Counted from the first letter of the whole stretch, positions 37,760 through 50,959 are shown. The stretch is 63,891 bases of DNA, filler included, from Lama guanicoe (GCA_013239625.1; 83 parts of 82 records of this genome joined end to end with filler, not necessarily neighbours in it), one strand, 5' to 3'. The notes: generated by a model not told the origin, from the letters alone. A program made the numbers and translations.

Positions 37760-38183
37760 TATACTATATATATATTATTGATATTAACAAAATGTTGGTT
37801 TCATTGTCAGAAATTCTTCTTGCTCTTCTGTGTTTTGTAATAAGTCTTGCTGAAGGTTTCCTTTGCTCTGCAAAAGATTTTGCACTTCACCCTTTTACAA
37901 GAAGTGGAATCCCTGTATCACATACTATATCTATTTTTTCCACAGTAATCTGAAAACTGTTATTGTCAGTTTTCTTTTTTTTTCACTTAGGAGTTAGAAG
38001 AAAAATAAATATTGCTATGATTTATCTCAAAGTCAGTTCTGCTCCTGTTCTTGGTCAGAAATTGTATAGTTCCAGGTTTTACATTTAGAAAATTAATCAA
38101 TTTTTATCTTATTTTTATATTATGGAAGGAAGTACTCTTACATCTTCCATTTACATGTACTGTCCAGTTTTCCCAGAACTACT
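37760..38183 (-). mobile_element. Degenerate L1 segment continuing the 9521-10297 copy type
   Basis: TATTAACAAAATGTTGGTTTCATTGTC.GAAATTCTTCTTGCT is shared with 10250-10297. Confidence 0.75.
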
Positions 38184-38675
38184 NNNNNNNNNNNNNNNNN
38201 NNNNNNNNNNNNNNNNNNNNNNNNNNNTTAATTAATTAANNNNNNNNNNNNNNNNNNNNNNNNNNNNNNNNNNNNNNNNNNNNGCTTCCCTCAGATGGTG
38301 AGGGGGGAGTGAGAAGCACAATGGAGGCCTAATACGAGATGCCCATGAATGACCGAATTTAGTGCTCTCAGCCTGTTGAGGCCTCAGGGGCAGAGATGTC
38401 AGAACAGAGCAGTCCTACCCGGAGCTCGATCCACGTTGGCACCTGTTATGATCAGTATCACCACTGTGGATTATCAGGTAGTTTTAAGACTTGGTAATAT
38501 GAATTCATGAATAATGTTAGAAGACTAGACATCTCAGATNNNNNNNNNNNNNNNNNNNNNNNNNNNNNNNNNNNNNNATGGTTTCTTTCTTAAATCTGAG
38601 ATGAGTCTCTAAAAAAATCTGTATTCCTCCATCTTTTTGCTTTAATTCTCCATTTCTTAAAAACAAAGTTTTTAA

Positions 38676-38755
38676 ATGGAGTTAATGGGGACTGAACTGA
38701 ACGCCTCATTCTTGCTAAGCACATATTCTCCCAAATGAGGTATAATCTCCAACCT
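38676..38755 (-). mobile_element. Degenerate tRNA-derived SINE (camelid Vic-1-like)
   Basis: ATGGAG..AATGGGGACTGAAC....CCTCA...TGCTAAGCAC.TATTCT.CCA..TGAG.TATA matches the antisense of a tRNA-like head with A and B boxes; family name from memory. Confidence 0.55.
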
Positions 38756-39471
38756 GATTTTTTTAAAAATTTACTTTCTTCATATTCAGAGGTCAGAGGC
38801 CTCTAATTCTTTATNNNNNNNNNNNNNNNNNNNNNNNNNNNNNNNNNNNNNNNNNNNNTTAATTAATTAANNNNNNNNNNNNNNNNNNNNNNNNNNNNNN
38901 NNNNNNNNNNNNNNATTGAATCCAGGATCTTGTGCATAAGTGTATTTATCAACATTATTTTAGGACACTTAACAGAAGCCCATAGAGTATGGATTATAAA
39001 GATGATAAGAAAATGTTTTCCTTCTTGGGACTGGAAAACCTCTGAGTGAAAGAATGGCAAAAATAAACATTTGTAAGTATACAATAAGATTTTCTCTAGT
39101 GTTATTTTAATGTAGAATATTTAATTACAATTGTTTTAATTATAGCACTGAATTACAATTTAAAACAAAAATTCCCCCTTTGGGACATTATTTTAATCTA
39201 ATTATAATTCATATATATTTACCATTTATTTATAAAATTACCAAATAAACTGATATTTATTCTGCTCATGTTTTGAATATAGAGCTACTTATTGCAAAAT
39301 GCACAGATAAATAACTACTTCTGTTTCCAAATCAAATTATGTTTCACTTTAATTACAAATGATAATGAAATNNNNNNNNNNNNNNNNNNNNNNNNNNNNN
39401 NNNNNNNNNNNNNNNTTAATTAATTAANNNNNNNNNNNNNNNNNNNNNNNNNNNNNNNNNNNNNNNNNNNN

Positions 39472-39883
39472 AGAGGGATGTTACCCCTAGAAATGCCAAC
39501 ATTGGCCAGTAGGTGTCATTTTGAGTAAAGTGCACCACATGCACAAGTGTATCCAAGTTTGGGGTTATTTCATATTTCCAATAGTTATTTCATGGTTCCT
39601 GTTGGGTTCGGAGGCTTCAACAGTAAAGAGCTGCCATGACCCCTTTAACAGTTTGGACTGCTAGTTTGCATTTTTTCTGTCTAGGTTTTCCGAAGAGCTG
39701 ACAAAATGTTAGAAAATTGACAAGTCTGGCTTCTAGGTCGATTGAGTGTGTTTCAAAAAGTAACTTCATTTTCGTATAACTCCTAAAACATGTAAATGAA
39801 TTTTGCTAAACTTCTTAAAGACTGCAAATGAGACATGAACACAATGTCAAAACAGGTGTCTTCGGACAATCCCTCCCACCACG
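39472..39883 (+). repeat. Family D repeat, copy 2
   Basis: GAAATGCCAACATTGGCCAGTAGGTGTCATT is shared with ~4750; TGTCTTCGGACAATCCCTCCCACCA with ~62572. Confidence 0.9.
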
Positions 39884-39983
39884 NNNNNNNNNNNNNNNNN
39901 NNNNNNNNNNNNNNNNNNNNNNNNNNNTTAATTAATTAANNNNNNNNNNNNNNNNNNNNNNNNNNNNNNNNNNNNNNNNNNNN

Positions 39984-40472
39984 TTTAATTCATACATTTA
40001 TCTTTGATTTGATATCCCACCTGTACAAAATAATTATGTACACAAGAGCCTATTTTTGAGCTCATGATTCCCTTCTGTCAATCTGCCTTTCTTACTCCAG
40101 CACCATATCTTACATATTGTAAAAATTTATTTAATAATTGTCAGTCTGAATTTTTTTTGATTCTTTTCTTCCATCCCAAATTTTCTTGTCTAGTATTATG
40201 ACTTTATTATTCCTGAAGAATTCCAAAATATTTTGTTAAAGTTAAAAAAAAATCAGATTGGAGTTTTCATGGGAATTTTTAGTAAGTTTTGAATTATTCT
40301 AATGGGAACTTACATCTTAAAAAAACTGCTTTCCTCCATGCAATTTGTTGATGTCAATTCACACCTCTTACCCCTCAGTACAGTCCTAAAGTTTCTCCAT
40401 TTAAAACATGGGCATTATTTTTGAATTTATTCCAGATTATTTATTTTTTTGTCAATTTTGTAAGTGAGAATT
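39984..40472 (-). repeat. Family E segment, copy 2
   Basis: Reverse complement aligns along 58715-59205. Confidence 0.85.
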
Positions 40473-41086
40473 NNNNNNNNNNNNNNNNNNNNNNNNNNNN
40501 NNNNNNNNNNNNNNNNTTAATTAATTAANNNNNNNNNNNNNNNNNNNNNNNNNNNNNNNNNNNNNNNNNNNNTAAAAATTCTTCAGTCAGATCTTGAAAC
40601 CCTGATGAAGAGGATTATTTACTGCATTTCTTTATATGATAGGATTTTACTTTCAAAATTCAGAGTTTTCGGTTCTTGGAGGAATTTTTTCGGGGGTTGG
40701 AGAAACAACTTTTCTCTTACCATGTTTGTGACCTGTTGCTATATGCCTCTCACCTGTCTTCCGTCACTTGTGAGGCTGTTCCATTTGTGACCCTGTCCGG
40801 GTTGTTCATGTTATAAAACATAAAGTTTGTAAAAGTACAGTCCCCTTTACTTGGAAGATATTCTACAAATACTACCTATATCTGGGTGTGGTTTTAAGAA
40901 GACAGAACCATTAGAACATGTCCTTGAAGGTTGCTACTGCAAAATCCCCAAATCAATATTCTAGCTCAACATCTAAAATCTTTCTANNNNNNNNNNNNNN
41001 NNNNNNNNNNNNNNNNNNNNNNNNNNNNNNTTAATTAATTAANNNNNNNNNNNNNNNNNNNNNNNNNNNNNNNNNNNNNNNNNNNN

Positions 41087-41933
41087 CAGTATTCTGCATT
41101 GTATATTGTAAATTCTGTGTCCTGCATTCCATGTTTTAATTTCTGGGTTGTATATTCTCTATTCTATAGTCTATATTTTGTGTTATTCATTCTATAATCT
41201 ACATTAAATATACTGCATTCAGTATTCTATATTCTATATTCTGTGTTATACATTCTATATTCTAAATTCTATATTTAGTATTCTGTATTCTATATTCTAA
41301 ATTCTGTGTTCTGNNNNNNNNNNNNNNNNNNNNNNNNNNNNNNNNNNNNNNNNNNNNNNNNNNNNNNNNNNNNNNNNNNNNNNNNNNNNNNATACCATTT
41401 TCTAAATTCAGTGTTCTTATTCTGTTTTCCATATTCTTTATTCTGTTTTCTAAATACTAATTTCCCTATTCTCTATTCTGAATTCGGTATCCTATATTCT
41501 ATATTCTGTTTTCTACATTCTATTTCTACTTTCTATTTTCAGTAATCCGTATTTAATATTCTAAATTCTGTGTTCTGCATTCTATGTTCTAAATTCTATA
41601 TTCAGTATTCTGTATTCTATATTCTAAATTCTGTGTTCTGCATTCTATGTTCTAAATTCTATATTCAGTATTCTGTATTCTATATTCTAAATTCTGTGTT
41701 CTGCATTCTATGTTCTAAATTCTATATTCAGTATTCTGTATTCTATATTCTAAATTCTGTGTTCTGCATTCCATTTCTAATTACTGGGTTCTTTATTCTC
41801 TTTAATATATTCTATATATTGTGTTCTTAATTCTATATTTTACATTCTATATACAGTATTCTATATTCTATATCTAAACTCTGCGTTCTGCATTCCATTT
41901 CCTAATTTCTATATTCAGTATTCTGTATTCTAT
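41087..41933 (+). repeat. Family B heptamer satellite containing perfect 63-bp units
   Basis: Identical 63-mers start at 41559, 41622 and 41685, with a partial copy at 41748. Confidence 0.95.
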
Positions 41934-42169
41934 NNNNNNNNNNNNNNNNNNNNNNNNNNNNNNNNNNNNNNNNNNNNTTAATTAATTAANNNNNNNNNNN
42001 NNNNNNNNNNNNNNNNNNNNNNNNNNNNNNNNNACTGGGTTGGGGATTTTGGTGGCCTTGACCTGAGAAGTTACAGGGAGAGCTGTGGGTGTGAGGGAGG
42101 GGCTCCTCACACTCTGTCCCAGAACGTGAAACAGTGCCTGGCAGATCGATGCTTGGGAGCCATGTTTGG

Positions 42170-42390
42170 ACAGATGGACAGAGGATGGGTAGATGATGGA
42201 TGGATGGATGGCTGATGGATGGGTGGATGCTGAACGGATTATGGAAGGGTCATGAATAATGGATAGATGGATAGATGGATGGATGGGGGATGATGGATAA
42301 TCAATGGATGCATGTAGGGAAGATGAGATGGATGCTGATGATGGAGGGATGATGGATAATGGATGGATCATGGATGATGATGGATGGAAA
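42170..42390 (+). repeat. (GGAT)n degenerate microsatellite
   Basis: GATG/GGAT runs. Confidence 0.9.
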
Positions 42391-42915
42391 GTCAGAAAGA
42401 CAAGTGACTGAGAGATGAAAGAAGGCTTTCACAAAAAGGGGGGAACTGAACTTTGCCTCAGCAGTTTGAGACAATGGAACAGGGCATCCCCCCATGGGAT
42501 CACCAGGAGTCAGGAATGACCTGGAGTCCACAGGCCCAGGAAGGAAGCCACCTGGCTGGACTGTGAGAAAGTGTTATGCAGGAACACTCAGAGGCGCTAA
42601 AATGAGGCCAGGAGTGTTCAGGCAGGTCCGAGCCAGGTCAGGACTCCCTCTGCCACACCCCATATCCACCTGCTGGCACGTGATCCTCACATTTCTGACC
42701 CCCATGCCCTGGCACCTCCAGAGGAGACAGGTTCTCAGAGCCACCACCCTATTTCCAGCGCAAAGAGGCCAGCTGAAAAGCTCCATTGATTAGGCAAAAC
42801 AGATTCATTGGACCTNNNNNNNNNNNNNNNNNNNNNNNNNNNNNNNNNNNNNNNNNNNNTTAATTAATTAANNNNNNNNNNNNNNNNNNNNNNNNNNNNN
42901 NNNNNNNNNNNNNNN

Positions 42916-43704
42916 TGGAGTTGTCTCTCGAGCTCTCCCACGCACTGACAGTGGTTCCGGAATCCTGAGCGTGGGGAGATTCCGGCAACGGTCGGCAGCG
43001 CGTGGGTTCTAACGGAATGCCTAAGCTCGTCTGTTCTGAGGGTTTTCCTAATGTCTCTGTGCCAGGGAATGCTAGGGGGATTTGCAGGAAGTCCCAGGGA
43101 CAGAGGCTGCCTCCCCAAGGTCAGGGAAGGTATTTCTCGGACTTCCCCGAACAGGGAACACCTGGGACTGAAGAGAGCTGCATGGAGTTGTCTCTCGAGC
43201 TCTCCCACGCACTGACAGTGGTTCCGGAATCCTGAGCGTGGGGAGGTTCCACGAAAGGTCGGCAGTGCGTGGGTTCTAACGGAATGCCTAAGCTCGTCTG
43301 TTCTGAGGGTTTTCCTAATGTCTCTGTGCCAGGGAATGCTAGGGGGATTTGCAGGAAGTCCCAGGGACAGAGGCTGCCTCCCCAAGGTCAGGGAAGGTAT
43401 TTCTCGGACTTCCCCGAACAGGGAACACCTGTGACTGAAGAGAGCTTTGTGGAGNNNNNNNNNNNNNNNNNNNNNNNNNNNNNNNNNNNNNNNNNNNNNT
43501 CCACCAACGTTCGGCAGCGCGTGGGTTCTAACGGAATGCCTAAGCTCGTCTCCCCTGAGGGTTTTCCTAAAGTTTCTGTGCCAGGGAATGCTAGGGGGGT
43601 TTGCAGGAAATCCCAGTGAATGAGGCTGTCTCCTCAAGGTAAGGGAAGCTATTATACGGACTTCCCCGAAAAGGGAACACCTGTGACTGAAGAGAGCTGC
43701 GTGG
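42916..43704 (+). repeat. Family A satellite
   Basis: CCCAGGGACAGAGG at 43093 and 43360 (period 267). Confidence 0.96.
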
Positions 43705-44303
43705 NNNNNNNNNNNNNNNNNNNNNNNNNNNNNNNNNNNNNNNNNNNNTTAATTAATTAANNNNNNNNNNNNNNNNNNNNNNNNNNNNNNNNNNNNNNNN
43801 NNNNGCCCAGGCCATGGGGCCCCGGGTACGCATGACCGAGAGGACGCAGGACCATGTGAATGAAACAGAAGGAGAGAGCAGGGCCCAGAGCCATCCTGAC
43901 CAGAGGCCCTGTGGCCGCCCCGTCCTTTGTGCTCGCCGGGCGGCTGCTGGTTTCCTGTGTGGGGCCCTGCAGTCCGGCTCTGGGACTTGGGGAAAGACTT
44001 TTCCAGCTTGTGTTTCTGTGGGGTTCACTGTTTCAGCCCCGCAGTAGGGCCATGGGTTTCAAGAAGCATCTGTACAAATTTGACTGTCAGCTGTGTGTGT
44101 ATGGAAGGGGGTGGGGGTCTATGTAGGAACGAGCTTTTGGAAATTGTTACACTTTCCACCAGAGGTACTGTTGATAACTTCCCCTTTCAGGTGAAGAGAA
44201 GACNNNNNNNNNNNNNNNNNNNNNNNNNNNNNNNNNNNNNNNNNNNNTTAATTAATTAANNNNNNNNNNNNNNNNNNNNNNNNNNNNNNNNNNNNNNNNN
44301 NNN

Positions 44304-44687
44304 CTATTTTGGTGAGGATTTTGGCGTCTGTGTTCATCAGTGATTTTGGACAATAATAATTTTTTTTGGTATTGTCTTTTCCTGGTTGTGGTGTCAGGGT
44401 GATTGTGGCTTCATAGAATGACTTTGGGAGTATTCCTTCCTTTTCAATCTTCTGGAGGAGTGTGAGAAATCCTGGTATGAGTTCTTCTTTGTATGTTTGG
44501 TAGAATTCCACTGTGAAGTCATTCAGTCCTGGACTTTTATTTGTAGGGACATTTTTTATTGCTATTTTGATTTCATTTCTAGTGCTCTGCTCGTTCAAAG
44601 GGTCAGTTTCTTCTTGATTCAGTCATGGACTTGTCCACCTCCTCTAGGTTATCCAGTTTGTTTCCATAAACTTTTCATAATATTCTC
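44304..44687 (-). mobile_element. L1 ORF2, start of the reverse transcriptase
   Basis: [22 protein letters not shown]...[18 protein letters not shown]. Confidence 0.95.
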
Positions 44688-44787
44688 NNNNNNNNNNNNN
44701 NNNNNNNNNNNNNNNNNNNNNNNNNNNNNNNTTAATTAATTAANNNNNNNNNNNNNNNNNNNNNNNNNNNNNNNNNNNNNNNNNNNN

Positions 44788-45730
44788 GCTCAGGATTCCG
44801 GAACAATAATCAGTGCGTGGGGGAGCTCGAGAGAAATCTCCATGCAGCTCTCTTCATTCACAGGTGTTCCCTGTTCGGGGGAATTCCGAGAAATACCTTC
44901 TCAAACCTTGGGCTGGCTGCTGCTGACGCTGGGCATTCCAGCGCAGATCCCTAGCATTCACTGGCAGCCAGAACTTAGGAAAACCTTCAGGGGAGACGAG
45001 CTTAGGCAATCCTTTAGAACGCACGCACTGCCGACTCTTGGTGGAACCTCCCCACGCTCAGGATTCCGGAACCATAATCAGTGTGTGGGGGAGCTCCAGA
45101 GACAACTCCACGCAGCTCTCTTCAGTCACAGGTGTTCCCGGTTCGGGGGAAGTCCGAGAAATAACTTCCCTGAACTTAGGGAGGAAGCCTCTGTCTCTGG
45201 GATTTCCTGTAAACCTCCCTAGAGTTCCCTGGCACAGAGATATTAGGAAAACACTCAGGGGTGACGAGCTTATGCATTCCATTAGAACACACGCGCTACC
45301 GAAAGTTGGTGGAACCTTCCCACGCTCAGGATTCCGGAACCATAGTCATTGCGTGAGGGAGCTCGAGAGACAAATCCACGCAGCTGTCTTAAGTCACAGG
45401 TGTTCCCTGTTAGGGGGATGTCCGAGAAATAGCTCTCCTGACCTTGTTGAGGCAGCCGCTGACACTGGACATGCCAGTGCAAACCCCAGCATTCCCTGGC
45501 AGCAGGCAGCCAGAATTAGGAAAAACTTCAGGGGAGATGAGCTAAGGCATTCCCTTAGAACCCTCGCGCTGCCGAATGTTGGTGGAACCTCCCCAACCTC
45601 AGGATTCAAGAGCAATTGTGTGTGCTTGGGGTAGCTCGAGAGACAACTCCACGCAGCTCCCTCCCGTCACAGGTTTTCCCAGCTACGGGGATGTCCTAGA
45701 AATATCTTCCCTGTCCTTGGGGAGGAAACC
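44788..45730 (-). repeat. Family A satellite, more diverged, alternating monomers
   Basis: About 3.5 monomers; CTCAGGATTC recurs roughly every 268 bp. Confidence 0.93.
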
Positions 45731-45830
45731 NNNNNNNNNNNNNNNNNNNNNNNNNNNNNNNNNNNNNNNNNNNNTTAATTAATTAANNNNNNNNNNNNNN
45801 NNNNNNNNNNNNNNNNNNNNNNNNNNNNNN

Positions 45831-46405
45831 TCTTTAAAAATTTAATAGAATTTATAGAAATGTTTTGGTAGTTATACGAGAATGAAGTTAGTTTCTGAAA
45901 CATACTAAGTCGACCTAGAACCCAGACTTGTCAATTTCGGTAACATTCTGTCAGTTCTAAGGAAAACATAGACAGATAGAATGCAAACTAGCAGTCCGAA
46001 CTTTTAAAGGGGTCATGTCAACTTTTTACTGTTGAAGGATCCGAAACCAACAGGAACCATGAAATAACTAATGGAAACATGAAATAACCCCCAAGCTTGG
46101 ATTCACTTGTGCATGTGGTGCACTTTACTCCCGATGACACCTACTGCTCAATGTTGGCATTTCAAGGTGTAACATCACTCTCAAGGAAAATAGAAGAGGA
46201 AACGAACTAAATATATACATTTAGCTTTGAATCCAAAGAACCTAGAGGCATTATAGCTATGAGAACCCTGCTGCAGCTATGCTAGGCTACTGAGAACCAG
46301 GTGTTCTTTTATCAGTGATGAGAACGTTTAATCATTTAATCATCCGATCATTTTGGGTAAAGCACATGAATGCAACCAAGTCTGCACCCCCATGATAGAC
46401 TGCCC
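45831..46405 (-). repeat. Family D repeat, copy 3
   Basis: Reverse complement covers 4588-4869 and 39472-39820. Confidence 0.9.
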
Positions 46406-46505
46406 NNNNNNNNNNNNNNNNNNNNNNNNNNNNNNNNNNNNNNNNNNNNTTAATTAATTAANNNNNNNNNNNNNNNNNNNNNNNNNNNNNNNNNNNNNNN
46501 NNNNN

Positions 46506-47198
46506 TGGTGGGAATGAATATTGGTGCAACAACATTGGAAACTGTATGGAAGTTTTTTAAAAATAAACATAGACATATCATATGACGCAGCAATCCCAAT
46601 CCTGGGCATATAAAAGATGAAACCTGAAAACAAAGAATCCTAGGGTAAAACATAAGAAGTACACTCTGACATTGGACTTAATTTGATTTTACATATGTTT
46701 CCTCTTGCAAGGGAAGCAGAAGCAAAACTAACAAAATATGATTGTATCACTGTAAACAGATTTACACTGCTGAAGAAATGATCAATAAAATGAAAAGTCA
46801 ACCAACACAATGGGAGAATATATTTTCAAGTGATATTTTCCAAACTAGTGTTAATATCCAAAATATATGGCAAACTCTTACCCCACAACAACAACAAAAA
46901 ATACCAAACAATCCAATTAAAAAAAGTTCATAGCAATGAACAGATAGATCTGAATCAATTTTTTGTAGAAAACATATGGTTGGCTAAATGACACATGAAA
47001 TTATATTCAGAGTTATAAACTATTAGGAAAGTCATAAACCATAAATGAGAGGCAAGACACAGTAAATCTCCTAGAAGAGTTAATACGCAAAACACTCTGA
47101 TTCAGAAGGCTCTCATCAAAAAGAAAGGAAATAAATGATGGTGAGATTATGGAGAACAAGGAACACTGTGGACACTCTTGATAGGAATGCAAAGTATT
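46506..47198 (+). mobile_element. Degenerate, rearranged L1 ORF2 3' fragments
   Basis: TGGTGGGAATG...GCAATCCCA precedes more upstream ORF2 sequence (KSQPTQWENIF). Confidence 0.8.
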
Positions 47199-47298
47199 NN
47201 NNNNNNNNNNNNNNNNNNNNNNNNNNNNNNNNNNNNNNNNNNTTAATTAATTAANNNNNNNNNNNNNNNNNNNNNNNNNNNNNNNNNNNNNNNNNNNN

Positions 47299-48054
47299 TG
47301 GAAATTAAGCCCTTGTCAGTCTCATCTGTGCAAATATTTTCTCCCCTACTGTAGGTTGTCTTTTTGTTTTCCTTATGGTTTCCTTTGCTGTGCAAAAGCT
47401 TATACATTTAATTAGGTCCCATTTGTTTATTTTGCTATTTCTATTGCTTGGTTAGACTGCCCTAGAAGAACATTGCTAAAATTTATGTCAGGTAATGTTT
47501 GCCTATGTTTTCTTCTAAAAGGTCTAAAGTGTCTTGTCTTATGTTTAAGTCTTTAAGCCATTTTAAGCTTATTTTTGTTTATGGTGTGATGGTGTGTTCT
47601 AACTTCGTTGATTTATGTGCTGCTGCCCAGTTTTCCCAGCACCACTTTCTGAAGAGACTGCCTTTACTCCAATGCATGTTCTTGCCTCCTTTGTAAAAGA
47701 TTAATTGACCAAAATTTTTGAGTTTATTTCTGGGCTCTCTATTCTGTTTCATTGATCCAGATGTCTGTTTTTGTACCAATATCATGCTGTTTTGATTACT
47801 GTAGCTCTGTAGTATTATCTGAGGTCTGGGATGGTTATTCCTCCAGCTTCATTCTTTATCATTCTTTTAGTGTTGCTTTGGCAATTCTGGGTCTTTTGTG
47901 ATTCCATATAAATTTTAGGACTATTTTTCTAGTTCTGTAAAAAATATCTTGGGTAATTTAATAGAGATTGCATTAAATTGAAATGGCTTTGGGTAATATG
48001 GCCAATTTGATGACATTAAATATTCCAATCCAAGAACATGGACTATCTTCCCAT
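47299..48054 (-). mobile_element. L1 ORF2 fragment
   Basis: GQLIFYKGGKNMHWSKGSLFRKWCWENW. Confidence 0.95.
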
Positions 48055-48589
48055 NNNNNNNNNNNNNNNNNNNNNNNNNNNNNNNNNNNNNNNNNNNNTT
48101 AATTAATTAANNNNNNNNNNNNNNNNNNNNNNNNNNNNNNNNNNNNNNNNNNNNACTGCTAACTACATTCAGCAATGACCGCTGATTTCATATTTAAGTG
48201 TGTAGTTTATAAAAGTGCAAAGCTATATTAGTACTGCTGTGTAAATTATTCTTTTGAGATGTGATTGCCAAAAAACAAAATCAAATAAATTCAGGTTGCC
48301 ACCAGGGGGAAGCCGAACTACATATGGACGGAAACAAGGGGACTTTTTGAGGACACAGTTGCACAACTGTAAAAATAGCTAAAATGGCTGACTTGTACAA
48401 TTACAATGTGTGAATTTTATGCACTGTAATTTACACCTTAATACAGCTATTAAATTAAGAATCTGGGATACCAAATTAAGACTAAAACACATATATATAT
48501 CACACAAAGAACAACAGGCAAATATCATTATTTACTGAACCATTTTCCTTCATGCAGCTTCCTTTCCTCACCCATTCCTTAAAGGATGA

Positions 48590-48750
48590 ATCATTTTTAA
48601 AATAGTCTTTTAATCTATTCAGCAAATAAATTTTGACTTCCTACTATGTACCCAGGACTAGTCTAGGCACTTGGAATAGATCAATAAACAAAACAAAAGT
48701 CCCGTAAAAGTCCTGTCCTCACGGAGCTTGCTTGGAGTCTAGCTGGGGTG
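48590..48750. mobile_element. L2 3' end relic
   Basis: TATTCAGCAAATAAATTTTGA..CCTACTATGTACCCAGGACTAGTCTAGGCACTTGG...CTCACGGAGCTT. Confidence 0.65.
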
Positions 48751-48998
48751 GGGGGTGTTGGTGACAATTCACACAACAGAGCAGCAGAGGAGGTGGAATG
48801 CTAGGAAAGAGGAACCATGGAAAAAAGAAAAAAAGGCAAGGTAAATAAGGTTGAGGGTATTGGATGAGGATGTTGTTGTATTAAATTCCAGAGCAGGCNN
48901 NNNNNNNNNNNNNNNNNNNNNNNNNNNNNNNNNNNNNNNNNNTTAATTAATTAANNNNNNNNNNNNNNNNNNNNNNNNNNNNNNNNNNNNNNNNNNNN

Positions 48999-49921
48999 AA
49001 GAAATAAAGTCAGAAATAAAAGAAGAGAAAAAACAATTGTTCCCTCAAATATACAAATAAGTGTTCATTTTGTTAACAATTATATGCCAATAACATATGC
49101 CAATGACAACTTAGAAGAAATAGACAAATGTCTAGAAAGAGACAGAGATAAGGAGAAACAAATAATTTGAACAAACTGATTACTAGAAGAAAGAAATATT
49201 CTGCATTTAAAAAAATCATTAAATATTAGTTCAGATTTAAACAGCTCCCGTGNNNNNNNNNNNNNNNNNNNNNNNNNNNNNNNNNNNNNNNNNNNNNNNN
49301 NNNNNNNNNNNNNNNNNNNNNNNNNNNNNNNNNNNNNNNNNNNNNNNATACAAAGCAGGGCTTATACTCTTCAAACTATTCAAAAATATTGAAGATGTGG
49401 GAAACCCCCAAATTAATTCTATGAAGATTTCAACACCCTTATAGCAAAACCAACAAACGAAGTATGGGCAAAGACAAATTTAAGCCAATATATTTGATAG
49501 ATTTAGATGCAAGTATTCTACAAAATATTACTAGCAAACTAAATCCAGCAATACCAAAAATGAATCATACACCATGATCAACTTGGATTTATTGCAGGGT
49601 TACAAGAGAAGTTCAACATTCACAAATCAATCAGTTTGATACACCACATTAACAAAACTAAAAGAGAAAATGACGTGGTTATTCCAATAAATCCATCAAA
49701 AGCATTTCACAAATTTCAAAATTTATTCATTAGAACAGCAACAACAGCAACAACAACAACAACAACAACAAAAACAGCAATACAAACTCTTAACATAGTA
49801 GGATTCAGAAAATATATCTCAACATATCTAAAGTCATTGATTACAAAACCACAGACAACATAATATGAAAATGTGAAAAAAATCAAGCCAAATTAAGAAA
49901 TACTACCAGGATGCCATTCTC
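48999..49921 (+). mobile_element. Degenerate L1 ORF2 (RT region) with an (ACA)n insertion at ~49735-49772
   Basis: ATCATACACCATGATCAA; GTTCAACATTCACAAATCAATCA..TGATACACCACATTAACAAA. Confidence 0.85.
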
Positions 49922-50959
49922 NNNNNNNNNNNNNNNNNNNNNNNNNNNNNNNNNNNNNNNNNNNNTTAATTAATTAANNNNNNNNNNNNNNNNNNNNNNN
50001 NNNNNNNNNNNNNNNNNNNNNCACAATTTTTTATTTTACTTACCTGAGCTACCTCTGATAATATTTCAAATAGGCACTTTGCAGTCACTACTGTCTGGAT
50101 AAAAGATGTGCTTTCATTGTCACTTCTTAGACTTCTCTGGTAGTTAATGCCACTGTTGTCACTGGGACGGTGAACCCTTCCTTTTATCTGATATCCCTTG
50201 AGACTCAGTGTACACATTGAGGAAATGTGTAAAGANNNNNNNNNNNNNNNNNNNNNNNNNNNNNNNNNNNNNNNNNNNNNNNNNNNNNNNNNNNNNNNNN
50301 NNNNNNNNNNNNNNNNNNNNNNNNNNNNNNNNNNNNNNNNNNNNNNNNNNNNNNNNNNNNNNNNNNNNNNNNNNNNNNNNNNNNNNNNNNNNNNNNNNNN
50401 NNNNNNNNNNNNNNNNNNNNNNNNNNNNNNNNNNNNNNNNNNNNNNNNNNNNNNNNNNNNNNNNNNNNNNNNNNNNNNNNNNNNNNNNNNNNNNNNNNNN
50501 NNNNNNNNNNNNNNNNNNNNNNNNNNNNNNNNNNNNNNNNNNNNNNNNNNNNNNNNNNNNNNNNNNNNNNNNNNNNNNNNNNNNNNNNNNNNNNNNNNNN
50601 NNNNNNNNNNNNNNNNNNNNNNNNNNNNNNNNNNNNNNNNNNNNNNNNNNNNNNNNNNNNNNNNNNNNNNNNNNNNNNNNNNNNNNNNNNNNNNNNNNNN
50701 NNNNNNNNNNNNNNNNNNNNNNNNNNNNNNNNNNNNNNNNNNNNNNNNNNNNNNNNNNNNNNNNNNNNNNNNNNNNNNNNNNNNNNNNNNNNNNNNNNNN
50801 NNNNNNNNNNNNNNNNNNNNNNNNNNNNNNNNNNNNNNNNNNNNNNNNNNNNNNNNNNNNNNNNNNNNNNNNNNNNNNNNNNNNNNNNNNNNNNNNNNNN
50901 NNNNNNNNNNNNNNNNNNNNNNNNNNNNNNNNNNNNNNNNNNNNNNNNNNNNNNNNNNN

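Noticed and set aside
38676..38755. tRNA gene
   Set aside because: It is a degenerate SINE head with no intact cloverleaf.
43404..43418. CENP-B box in family A (minus strand TTCGGGGAAGTCCGA)
   Set aside because: Only 7 of the 9 essential bases of TTCGNNNNANNCGGG match, and the second CpG is displaced.
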